A stretch of DNA of 64,000 bases from an uncultured delta proteobacterium (lineage in GTDB: Bacteria > Desulfobacterota > Desulfobacteria > Desulfobacterales > B30-G6). Shown here piece after piece: positions 52,122 through 60,770 of the stretch (position 1 is the stretch's first letter; each line of letters opens with the position of its first letter). The position numbers and the translations under genes were made by a program. Under the pieces are notes generated by a model. That model was not told the DNA's origin. It ran no database searches and saw nothing but the letters and a program-made list of their open reading frames with translations. The stretch spans positions 1,664,001-1,728,000 of the forward strand of contig CAWGLD010000001.1 in NCBI GenBank assembly GCA_963823335.1, written 5' to 3'.

Positions 52122-52642
52122 AAAATCGATTAATCCGAAACTGGATCGCCGTAGGGATTGTATGGGGTGGGGCCCTGGTCATGACCTATTTGAACCTGCA
52201 GACGATCCAGCAAATCAAGGCGAAACAGGAAGCCATCGAATTCATGCAAATTGATGACGCTTTTTTAAAGAATAACTTTGAAAAGGTTACCCGGGTGCTC
52301 AAGCGGCGGGCGTCCCTGCATAAACCCATCGATTCCATACAGATAGAGTTGTTGTCAATTGAAGACAGACTGAGATATCTTGCGCAAAAGAAGAATTTGT
52401 CCGAAATTCGCCTGACCAGCGATCAAACGGCCATTCAAGTGGACCGGATTCCCCTGGAGCTGTATGCACGCGGCACTTACCGGGATCTGGTTTTCTGGCT
52501 TCAGGCCCTGGAGACCGATGCGCCGTTTCTGGTGGTGACCGGTGTCAAGATGGATGAAAACAGGGATGGAGAAGGGTACCGCTTTCAGGTCGGGATCGAT
52601 TTTCGTTTCACTTTAGCCGAAAGCGAAAACGATTCCGCATAA
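52118..52642 (+). CDS. PilO/MshJ-like assembly protein
   Basis: N-terminal TM helix, coiled coil, GTYRDLVFWLQALE motif. Confidence 0.65.
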   Translation: MKNRLIRNWIAVGIVWGGALVMTYLNLQTIQQIKAKQEAIEFMQIDDAFLKNNFEKVTRVLKRRASLHKPIDSIQIELLSIEDRLRYLAQKKNLSEIRLTSDQTAIQVDRIPLELYARGTYRDLVFWLQALETDAPFLVVTGVKMDENRDGEGYRFQVGIDFRFTLAESENDSA

Positions 52643-52674
52643 AACCCTGTATTTGGGGAAAAGAAAACAGGAAC

Positions 52675-53232
52675 ATGGTAGTCAAGGGAAATCCCAAAAG
52701 ACTCATCATTGGATTGTGGGTGCTGGCAGCCCTGCTGATTTTCTGGTATAACGTCGCCGTCATGATGTCTTTGATTGACAAGCCCCTTCCGAGTCTGTCG
52801 TCAGATGCGAGGGCAACGATTGCCAAGTGGCAGCGTCTGGAAACCTACAATGCCCTGCGATTGAAAGAGATCGTAAGCCTGCAGGAAATCGAAAAAATAT
52901 TTGCCAGAATCGACGTTGGAAAGGCCAAGGCGGTCCTGCCGGCCAAGAAACGCGAGCCCATGCCAAAAACGGTCCGGAAGCCGGAACCGGTCATAAAGAA
53001 AAAGGTCGAGCTGCCTTTGCTGAACGGTATCGTGACTGTTTATGGCACGGACGGAGACGCGGTCTATCTGGCCGTGATCGACGGAAAGACCCATGAGGAA
53101 AAAAGCAGCATCGGCGATTTCGTTATTGAAAGAATTGATACCAAGGGTATTCTGCTGGCCCAAGACAAGGAAAGCTGGTTTGTACCGGCACCCACGGTAG
53201 AATTTTCGGTGGATAAGAGTATGGAGGAATAA
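52675..53232 (+). CDS. PilP/MshK/GspC-like assembly protein
   Basis: TM helix, Pro/Lys linker, LNGIV...AVIDG...IERID beta domain; directly before the secretin. Confidence 0.55.
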   Translation: MVVKGNPKRLIIGLWVLAALLIFWYNVAVMMSLIDKPLPSLSSDARATIAKWQRLETYNALRLKEIVSLQEIEKIFARIDVGKAKAVLPAKKREPMPKTVRKPEPVIKKKVELPLLNGIVTVYGTDGDAVYLAVIDGKTHEEKSSIGDFVIERIDTKGILLAQDKESWFVPAPTVEFSVDKSMEE

Positions 53233-54731
53233 TGCGCTGCGTCCCAAGAAGCAACATCTGGTTTACCGTCATCGTGTTCATGCTTGGAACGGTCGTGGGT
53301 TGTTCGGTTCATGAGCCGCGACCGGTCGATCTGGAAGGCTTTGATGACATCCAGCCCCACGAGGTGATTCAGGAGCAAAAACCGGATACAACACTCGGGT
53401 CGGTCGTCATAAAGGAAAAGCTGGCACCCATTGTCCAGGACATACAAGCGGATGCGACGATCTATTCCGGGGTATTCAGTGATGTCGCGCTGGCTGAAGT
53501 TTTAAAGGTGATTACGCGTGACAGCCATCTGAACCTGTCGGTGGCATCGGATGTGAATCTGAATCGCCGCCTCACAGTCAACCTTCAGCAGGCCACCCTC
53601 ACCGAGGCGCTCGATATGGTGGTGGTCAATGGTGCCGGGTATGCCTGGAAAATTGAAGGGGACAATCTTTATGTCAAGGTCTTTGAAGAGCGGATCTATC
53701 AGTTCGATTACCTGGATATGGCCAATGAGACCGATATCGAAATCGGTGGGGATATGCTTGCATCCAGTGTCGAAGAGTCGGGCGTGAGCGGTAAATTTCA
53801 GATCAAGGCCAACCGCGATACCAAGATAACGGATGTGTGGGTCAATATTCAGGAAACCCTGGATCTGTTCAAATCTGAAAACGGCATCGTGCGCATCAAC
53901 CGAAATGCCGGTATTATTTACATGGCAGACAAGCCCGGGAAGGTTGCCTCCATGGTTCGGTTTCTGGACTCCCTGATGGAGGCCTTGCATCGCCAGGTGT
54001 TTATCGAGGCCAAGATTATGGAGGTACGCCTCAGCGAGGACAACAGTTACGGTATCGACTGGTCCAACGTGAGCATCGCCTTCACCGATTCGGGGAATAC
54101 GCTTACGGACGTGTTCAACCTCAGCATCAACGGTGGCAGTTCCATTGTCAAGGCCGGTCAAAGCGGTTTTTCGGCCATGCTGGATTTTCTCAAGACCCAG
54201 GGGGATGTGTCCGTTGTATCGAATCCGCATCTTTCGGTGATGAACGGCCAGTCGGCGGTGCTCACGGTGGGGTATCAGTTCCCGTTTGCCGATGTGGATG
54301 GCGTAGATCGGGATACCGAGACCGGCGTTGTCACCTACGGTGCCTCTATCAAACGGGTCGTTTTAGGGTTGCAGCTCGGTATTACGCCTCACATTTCCAG
54401 TGACGGTATCGTGACCCTGAATATCATTCCCACCATTACCCGTATTCAGGGCGAGGAGGATGTGGAAATTCCCACGGATTCCCTTAGAACCCAGACCATC
54501 AGCAACCCCATTATCGATCTCCAGGAGCTTTCCACCACGGTGCGGGTTCGGGAAGGCAACTCCATTGTTTTGGCAGGACTTATCAGCCAGATCCGGCAGG
54601 CCAATCAAAAGGGGCTTCCCCTGCTCGGCAGTATTCCGGGTCTGAGATATTTTTTCGAGCACGTGGAAGATGTCATGGAGAACAAGGAACTCGTTATTTA
54701 TATCACCCCGTATATCCGTAAGGTCGAGTGA
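53232..54731 (+). CDS. Secretin, MshL-like lipoprotein type
   Basis: Lipobox VVGC; QVFIEAKIMEV, GIDWS, NPHL, LAGLI, PLLGSIP and ELVIYITP motifs. Confidence 0.9.
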   Translation: MRCVPRSNIWFTVIVFMLGTVVGCSVHEPRPVDLEGFDDIQPHEVIQEQKPDTTLGSVVIKEKLAPIVQDIQADATIYSGVFSDVALAEVLKVITRDSHLNLSVASDVNLNRRLTVNLQQATLTEALDMVVVNGAGYAWKIEGDNLYVKVFEERIYQFDYLDMANETDIEIGGDMLASSVEESGVSGKFQIKANRDTKITDVWVNIQETLDLFKSENGIVRINRNAGIIYMADKPGKVASMVRFLDSLMEALHRQVFIEAKIMEVRLSEDNSYGIDWSNVSIAFTDSGNTLTDVFNLSINGGSSIVKAGQSGFSAMLDFLKTQGDVSVVSNPHLSVMNGQSAVLTVGYQFPFADVDGVDRDTETGVVTYGASIKRVVLGLQLGITPHISSDGIVTLNIIPTITRIQGEEDVEIPTDSLRTQTISNPIIDLQELSTTVRVREGNSIVLAGLISQIRQANQKGLPLLGSIPGLRYFFEHVEDVMENKELVIYITPYIRKVE

Positions 54732-54742
54732 TACATATACAT

Positions 54743-54810
54743 TAAACACAAAACCCGAAACAGCAAACACAACGTACCAAACACCAAACACAAAACGCAA
54801 AACACGAGAT
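54743..54810 (+). repeat. Heptamer tandem repeat (AAACACA-like) upstream of the pilin
   Basis: About 9 degenerate 7-bp units; similar tract at 62790-62815. Confidence 0.7.
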
Positions 54811-54834
54811 GTCGCAACTGAAAGGAGTCTGATG

Positions 54835-55410
54835 ATGAATAGCTTGAGAAAAAAAATGACAGACAATTCCGGTTTTACCCTCGTGGAGATCGCCATAGTG
54901 ATGGTGATTATCGGTCTTTTGATCGGCGGTGTTCTCAAAGGGCAGGAGATGATCAAAAATGCCAAAATCAAGCGCGTGGTCAAGACCTCGGACGAAATGC
55001 GGGCGGCTGTTTTTACCTACCAGGACCGTTTTGGTTATCTGCCAGGCGATGACCCCGATGCTATCACGCATACGGGCGCTGCCGTAACAAACGGCAACGG
55101 CAATGGGCAGATCGCTGCGGCTGAAGACGAAGATGTCTTTATTCATATGGCTACCGTGGGGCTCATTTCCGGTTCACCCACCACGTATGCCACTGCTTTT
55201 CCGAGCCACCCGTTCGGGGGGACTTACTACGTGTTGTACCAGAACCGAAACGGCAAGTCGTCCAACTGGATTACCTATACCTTGGTGCCGGTAGATGTTG
55301 CCCTCGCCATGGACACGAGCCTCGACGACGGGGTTTATACCACGGGTTCCATTCGGGCCAGCGCCGCTTATACGGGTACAGCACCGGTGACGGTTTACGT
55401 GGATCTCTAA
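54835..55410 (+). CDS. Type IV pilin-like protein
   Basis: Prepilin site G|FTLVEIAIVMVIIGLLIGGVLKG; AAGGAG RBS. Confidence 0.9.
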   Translation: MNSLRKKMTDNSGFTLVEIAIVMVIIGLLIGGVLKGQEMIKNAKIKRVVKTSDEMRAAVFTYQDRFGYLPGDDPDAITHTGAAVTNGNGNGQIAAAEDEDVFIHMATVGLISGSPTTYATAFPSHPFGGTYYVLYQNRNGKSSNWITYTLVPVDVALAMDTSLDDGVYTTGSIRASAAYTGTAPVTVYVDL

Positions 55411-55494
55411 AACAGGTCGATCCATTGTGTGTGCGCCTGAGTGTTCTGCAAACCGCGTGTTGAAAGCGCAGCGAGGTGGTCCCTTTTGCCAACC

Positions 55495-56562
55495 ATGGAC
55501 AAAAAAGGGTTTACAATCATAGAAGTGGCCATTGTCATGGTAATTGTCGGTTTGCTGGTGGGGTTTGGCGCGACCCTGATAGGACCTTTGACGGAGCGGT
55601 CCAAACGGATGGCCACCACCGAAAATATCATGGGGGCGGTGGAATCGATTGTGGGATTTGCAGCCGCTGAAAAACGCCTGCCCCTGTGGGGAGACAACAC
55701 GGTCGACGGAAGTCTGGATGAGTTCTGTGAGGTCGTTACCAAAAGAAGAGACAGCGCTGCAAAACCCATATACTACTTTCTTGACAGTCGACTGACGACG
55801 CCCGGGAGCCTGTGCGGCCGCAAAACCACCGCTTTGACGGTCTGCCGGGACAGCGCCTGCACCGACCGCATACCCAACATCGCCTTTGCCGTCGTGAGCG
55901 GGGCCATGGACTATAACCCCCAGACCGGTATCGTGACGTCTGGCTGCCCGGCCGGACAGACCTGTATCGGCGTCTATGAACCGGGAACGGCGAACATTGA
56001 CAATTGCACCAATGGGACCAACTGCCCCAATTTCGATGGTGCGGTCGACAGGATCAACAGATCCGAATCCTATGACGATATTGTCGACTATGTCAGCCTG
56101 GGTGAACTGAGGACCAAAAGCGGATGCCAGGGTGCGCCCCTGAAGATATTGAACAACGAATTGCCGTCGGGCAGCATGAGCAGCACCTATTCCGCAACGA
56201 TTTATGCCGAGGGAGGGGTCCCCTTCGGCAGTGGCGGAAAGTATACCTGGTGCGTCGAAATCGGCAACCGCAGTGCATCCGAAGGTGTTCCGGGCGGATT
56301 GAACATAGCCCCGGGTTTCGTTCGCTATCCTGACGATACCTCTCCAACCAGTTGCTCGGACCAGGCAGAAACAGCCTGGTCGTCCTATCAGGCCGATGAC
56401 CTGGTCATTTCAAGGGGATCGGGTCTGACGGAACCAGGCTCGTTTCTGATTACCGTCAATGTTAGAGACGACAGCCGGAGCGGCAACGATCCGGCTTGTA
56501 ACAGCGCGGGAAACGAAGATAACTGTGCACGCAGGTCGTTTGTTTTGACGGTGAATCCCTAA
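55495..56562 (+). CDS. Large Cys-rich minor pilin-like protein
   Basis: G|FTIIEVAIVMVIVG; many Cys; C-terminal Ig-like segment. Confidence 0.85.
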   Translation: MDKKGFTIIEVAIVMVIVGLLVGFGATLIGPLTERSKRMATTENIMGAVESIVGFAAAEKRLPLWGDNTVDGSLDEFCEVVTKRRDSAAKPIYYFLDSRLTTPGSLCGRKTTALTVCRDSACTDRIPNIAFAVVSGAMDYNPQTGIVTSGCPAGQTCIGVYEPGTANIDNCTNGTNCPNFDGAVDRINRSESYDDIVDYVSLGELRTKSGCQGAPLKILNNELPSGSMSSTYSATIYAEGGVPFGSGGKYTWCVEIGNRSASEGVPGGLNIAPGFVRYPDDTSPTSCSDQAETAWSSYQADDLVISRGSGLTEPGSFLITVNVRDDSRSGNDPACNSAGNEDNCARRSFVLTVNP

Positions 56563-56564
56563 TC

Positions 56565-57121
56565 ATGTCTGTCCACAACAACAGGGGTATCACCCTTTTG
56601 CCTTTGATCCTCATGGTGGTGGTTTTCGGCGCCCTGTTAGGGGTCGGCATGGGTGTGGTCAAACAGCGTGTTCAGAAAATCCAGCAACAGAAGACGGCAG
56701 AAACCGTCACATCGGCGATTCAGTCCATTTTCAGCTGGTCCATTGAAACCGGCACCCTGCCCATATGGGGAGACAACACACCCGACGCCACCAGGGACGA
56801 GTTCTGTGAAATTGTAAAAGAAACCCAAGACCCGTGGCATCAGGGCTTTGTCTACATCTACGCCGGCGGGTTGACTTCGGTTGCCGGCGGTGGCATCTGC
56901 GGAAAGACATCCACGGGGATTTCCGCCGCCGCCGGTGATATTGCCTTTGCTCTTCACATCTTTAAGGGCATTGTCGGACGGTTCCGGGACGCATTCCCGT
57001 GGTCGATCTGGCCATCGGGGCGGATTTTCAGGGGACCGCCAACTTCTTCGAAGGCCTCATCGACGGTGTGGCCATTTACGATCAGGCGCTGACGGCCGAA
57101 GAAATACGGGAGAGTTATTAA
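56565..57121 (+). pseudogene. Minor pilin-LamG adhesin gene with internal deletion/frameshift
   Basis: G|ITLLPL N-terminus paralogous to the upstream pilin (LPxWGDNTxD...DEFCE); out-of-frame tail LAIGADFQGTANFFEGLIDGVAIYDQALTAEEIRESY* is a LamG-like C-terminal signature. Confidence 0.75.
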
Positions 57122-57415
57122 AAAGAAGGGTTCGAGGGTTGGAGGGTGATACAAGGATTCGAGGGTAGCTGACAGTTATCAACGGACAGCGGCATCCCAG
57201 CGTCCCAGTATACAAGGGGCTTAGGGTTAAGGGCTGATAGCAACACAATAAACGCAATGAACATAAAAACCCCCAATCAACGCGCTTATGGCGTAAACGC
57301 AAAATCGAATGCTGTGTGCCGCCAGCGGCAGGTGTGGTTCTACTGCCACGAAGCGCTGCCGCCCGGCAGAAAATATCTCGTTGTTTGCCACGAGGTTTTA
57401 CAATAATATCAACTG

Positions 57416-58462
57416 TTACAGAAAGTCGGTCATGGCAAAGCCGATACCGATGCTGGTTTCTTTGGAGTCGTAATCAATCAGGCTCTGGCCGTAGCCATGA
57501 AAGCCCTGGATGTAGCCCTTGAGGTATCTGTAATTCCACAGGGGAAAGCTCCAGGCTGCTTCCACCGCCCCCTTGTCGAAACCGGACTCCAGGTTGTTGC
57601 GTGTCATAACTGAGAAGGTATTTCTATGCCACTTGTAGGCGGCCAAGAATTCGCAATGGCCCAGGTAATCTGTAATGTCCTTGTTGTTGTCGTCTTTGTC
57701 TTTTTCGGGAAGCCGGTACCACGGTCTGATGCTAAATATCAGGTTGCCCTTTTCAAAAATGAAATTGGCATAGATCCTGTTCCAGCTTCTGGAAATGGGC
57801 TCGTTCCTCCCGTTGGACTGATGCATAATTCCAAATTGATTGACAACGTTATCAATCCCCCAAAAGGACCAGTCATTGCGGAACTGCAGCCATCCTTCCG
57901 GCTGGTAATTCGTTTCCCGGAAGGGGGCCGATAAATCGCTGTTATACACCTGCCAGTAGGACCGCACCGTATAGGCACCAAAGAAGTCAATTTTCCTGTC
58001 AAACACATCGATGGCCAGCGGCACTTTGATGCTGAGCTGGAACTGAGACTCGGTCTTGTCCAGATCCAGGTTGGAATCATTGGACGCTTCACGCCAGGGA
58101 TCGTTGTTGGGGCTGTTGTTGTAGCAGGCCAGCAAAATAAAATTGGGCTTGTGGGACATGAGGGTAAACGGCCGCAATACATTCTTGGTATCGGTGTAGA
58201 TTCTCTCTTGTATGAGACTTGCTTTGTCTTCACCGGTAGCGGTCAGTTCCTCAGACTGGCACTTGGCCCGCAGATCATCAATTGTGGACTCGCCAGGAGA
58301 GGTCTCCATGGCTCTGAAAAGACAATCCTGAAAAGCTGCATCATCCGCCTCACTGTATTCGGCAGCAGCCATTCCGAGGCAGGTAAAGACCCCAAAAAAA
58401 GCTGCCAGAATAATTCTCGTTCCTTGTGTTCCAAAAGAATATTTCCTGCTTCCGTGTTTCAT
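57416..58462 (-). CDS. pldA: Outer-membrane phospholipase A
   Basis: FQLSIK, PFRETNYQPE, HQSNG, SRSWNR and GYGQSLIDY motifs; AGGAGG RBS. Confidence 0.93.
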   Translation of the reverse strand: MKHGSRKYSFGTQGTRIILAAFFGVFTCLGMAAAEYSEADDAAFQDCLFRAMETSPGESTIDDLRAKCQSEELTATGEDKASLIQERIYTDTKNVLRPFTLMSHKPNFILLACYNNSPNNDPWREASNDSNLDLDKTESQFQLSIKVPLAIDVFDRKIDFFGAYTVRSYWQVYNSDLSAPFRETNYQPEGWLQFRNDWSFWGIDNVVNQFGIMHQSNGRNEPISRSWNRIYANFIFEKGNLIFSIRPWYRLPEKDKDDNNKDITDYLGHCEFLAAYKWHRNTFSVMTRNNLESGFDKGAVEAAWSFPLWNYRYLKGYIQGFHGYGQSLIDYDSKETSIGIGFAMTDFL

Positions 58463-58514
58463 TTTTTGCCTCCTTTTCATGTCAGTACAAACAATGGTTA
58501 TCCTTTTTTTACTC

Positions 58515-60053
58515 TCACAAGAGAGTCCGGTCAATTTCCACCACGACCCGTTGTTCTACATACCCGAAGAACGGGTTGTAACGCAGGCGCATGAGCTGAT
58601 CCAGGGGTGCGGTCAAAAGATGGGTCTCGCCGCGCGGCTGAAGTCTGCCAAGAGAAAGCCCCTGGTAAATGCCCTTGCTGTTCTCGTTGGCACCGTAGAC
58701 CGGGTCATCGGGAGAGAACGGCACTGCCACGTGCGTCAGAGAATACACATTGGGTGGCCAGGAGAGGTCAAGGGCCGTGGAATCGATGGTAGCTGACCGG
58801 GGGGCCTTGGTTCGCTGGGCCATACGATCGGAATTGCGGGTCATGTTGGTGATAACCGTGAGCCGATAGGGCAGATCCGATCTGGCCTCAAGCTCTTTGA
58901 GCGGTTTGTCGGTGGCCGTTGGAATAAAAGGCTCGAGCTGGTCAAAGCGGTTCACGTCGAACACGACGAGTTCGGCGCCCTTGTTCTCGAGCTGTCCATA
59001 GAGCCGGTGGATGGTTGCAGACGTGTCCACCGTGGCGTCGATCCACGAGAGAAAAGTGAGTACCGGTGGAAAGTCGGCAAATCTGCCGGCAGCGCGCGTT
59101 TCTTCTATCTGCTGCTGCAGTTTCTTTGTGATTTCATATGCCTGACGTCCCGCATTTTTCGGGAACGAGTTATATTTAAAGGGGTCGTACTCGGGCTTGA
59201 TGTCGAGCCATTTGAACTTCTCAAAGAAGGGTAGAAAGCTCAGGAGTTTGTGAGCGTTGGCAATTTTGCCGAAGGCTGAGACACCGATTTCCGGTGAGAA
59301 GAGCAGCAGCCGGTCCGGGCGCGGCAGGCTCGGGTCCAACAGCGAGTCAAGAGAGTACTTGACCGCCAGGGCGCCACCATTCGAATATCCTGCGATCACA
59401 AACGGCTGATCGGAACCGATCTGCTCACGGACGTGGCGTGCGCCGATCCGGCCGGCCGCCATCCAGTCCTCCCAGCGCACCGTTGTCAGGGCTTCTGGAA
59501 CGGTCCCGTGAGCGGGAAGGCGGAGACCTAATATGTAGAATCCTCTGGCGTGAAGTATCTCGCCGATGCGACGCAGGCTGTATGGCGAATCGGTGAGACC
59601 GTGTAAAAGCAGGGCACCACCCTGAATGTGCTCCGGGACGAGCTCGAATGTCCGGTTCCAGTTGCCCAGCGGGGGTTTTGGGTCCTGCGGCCCGCCGGTG
59701 CGGTAGCGGCAGAATTTCAGGTCATCCGTGGACTCCACACGGTCGTAGACCTTTTCTTTAAGATCGCGGAAGAGCCGCTCTTCCTGCTCGAGGTAATCCT
59801 GAAGCGTGCTCTTGGGAGTCTCATCACGCGCCGTGAACTCTCCCGATAACGCGGTCGTGTGCCAGATTTTCAATTCCGGCATGTTTCGTGACACAAATGC
59901 CAGGACAAGCACTACGGTGAAGGCCAGAAGCCCTGTGAGCAGAACAGCCCTCAGGATCCAGACGAGAGAGCGCTTGATACCCTTCCGGTGGTCCCCGGCC
60001 GGCGCAGAAGATTGCTGGTTTCGAGAACCGGTTTTGGGTGATTTTTTGTTCAT
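58515..60053 (-). CDS. Membrane-anchored alpha/beta hydrolase (lipase/esterase-like)
   Basis: N-terminal TM helix, LLHGLTDSP, GYSNGG nucleophile elbow. Confidence 0.85.
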   Translation of the reverse strand: MNKKSPKTGSRNQQSSAPAGDHRKGIKRSLVWILRAVLLTGLLAFTVVLVLAFVSRNMPELKIWHTTALSGEFTARDETPKSTLQDYLEQEERLFRDLKEKVYDRVESTDDLKFCRYRTGGPQDPKPPLGNWNRTFELVPEHIQGGALLLHGLTDSPYSLRRIGEILHARGFYILGLRLPAHGTVPEALTTVRWEDWMAAGRIGARHVREQIGSDQPFVIAGYSNGGALAVKYSLDSLLDPSLPRPDRLLLFSPEIGVSAFGKIANAHKLLSFLPFFEKFKWLDIKPEYDPFKYNSFPKNAGRQAYEITKKLQQQIEETRAAGRFADFPPVLTFLSWIDATVDTSATIHRLYGQLENKGAELVVFDVNRFDQLEPFIPTATDKPLKELEARSDLPYRLTVITNMTRNSDRMAQRTKAPRSATIDSTALDLSWPPNVYSLTHVAVPFSPDDPVYGANENSKGIYQGLSLGRLQPRGETHLLTAPLDQLMRLRYNPFFGYVEQRVVVEIDRTLL

Positions 60054-60628
60054 TATTGTATCTCCGAAATCATGTCGTATAACGGCAGCATAATCGAAAG
60101 GGCGATCAAGCCGAAAATACCACCGAACAGGGGGGGTTCAACATGTATTTGTGAAACTGGACCTGCCCCTTGGGCGTTTTGGTGTAGAGATAAACCAGAA
60201 ATCCCGATATCAGCGCGCCCCCCAGCAGCCAGAGCCAGGAATTCTGGCAAAAACGATTTATGTTTAAAACCACCCTGGTGACACCGGGAAGCGCCACACC
60301 CAGGTCGTCCAGAATGCTGGAAATGAGCTCGGTGTCTGACAGGGACGGTTTGATGATATAGACTGTAGAGGCCTTTACTGCCAGGGTTGTCCAGCAGGGA
60401 TCGGCAGAACGTTGTTTTGCCGGTGCCGACTTCTCCCACCAGGAGCAGAAAACCCATACGGCTGTTGATACCGTAAAGCAGTTTGTTGATGGCATTCTGA
60501 TGGGTAACGGAATAGAACAGATACTCGGGATCGGGTGTGATGGAAAAGGGTGCTTCGTCTAAATTGTAGAAGTCGAGATAGACCCTTTCTCTGGCAGGGT
60601 CATAAGTCGAAGGCCCTCTGGTATTCAT
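60053..60628 (-). pseudogene. Collapsed remnant: ExeA/MshM ATPase N-terminus joined to PilC/MshG fragments
   Basis: YLDFYNLDEAPFSITPDP...GEVGTGKTT; frameshift near 60388; then LPGVTRVVL...W...TPKG (PilC-like middle); second shift near 60133; then IALSIMLPLYDM (PilC-like end). Confidence 0.8.
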
Positions 60629-60770
60629 AGCCCTTGTTATCCGTATCCGAAATGGTGTAGGTTTGGGTGCGTATTTGCAACACTTACGCTGGGTTTGATT
60701 GTGAGCGTAAAATATATTAGAAACCATTTGAAGTCAACCACCTTCACTATACATGGATAGATACAGAATC

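Noticed and set aside
57235-57365. GC-rich intergenic stretch as a tRNA or known ncRNA
   Set aside because: No cloverleaf, T-loop or CCA end could be built on either strand
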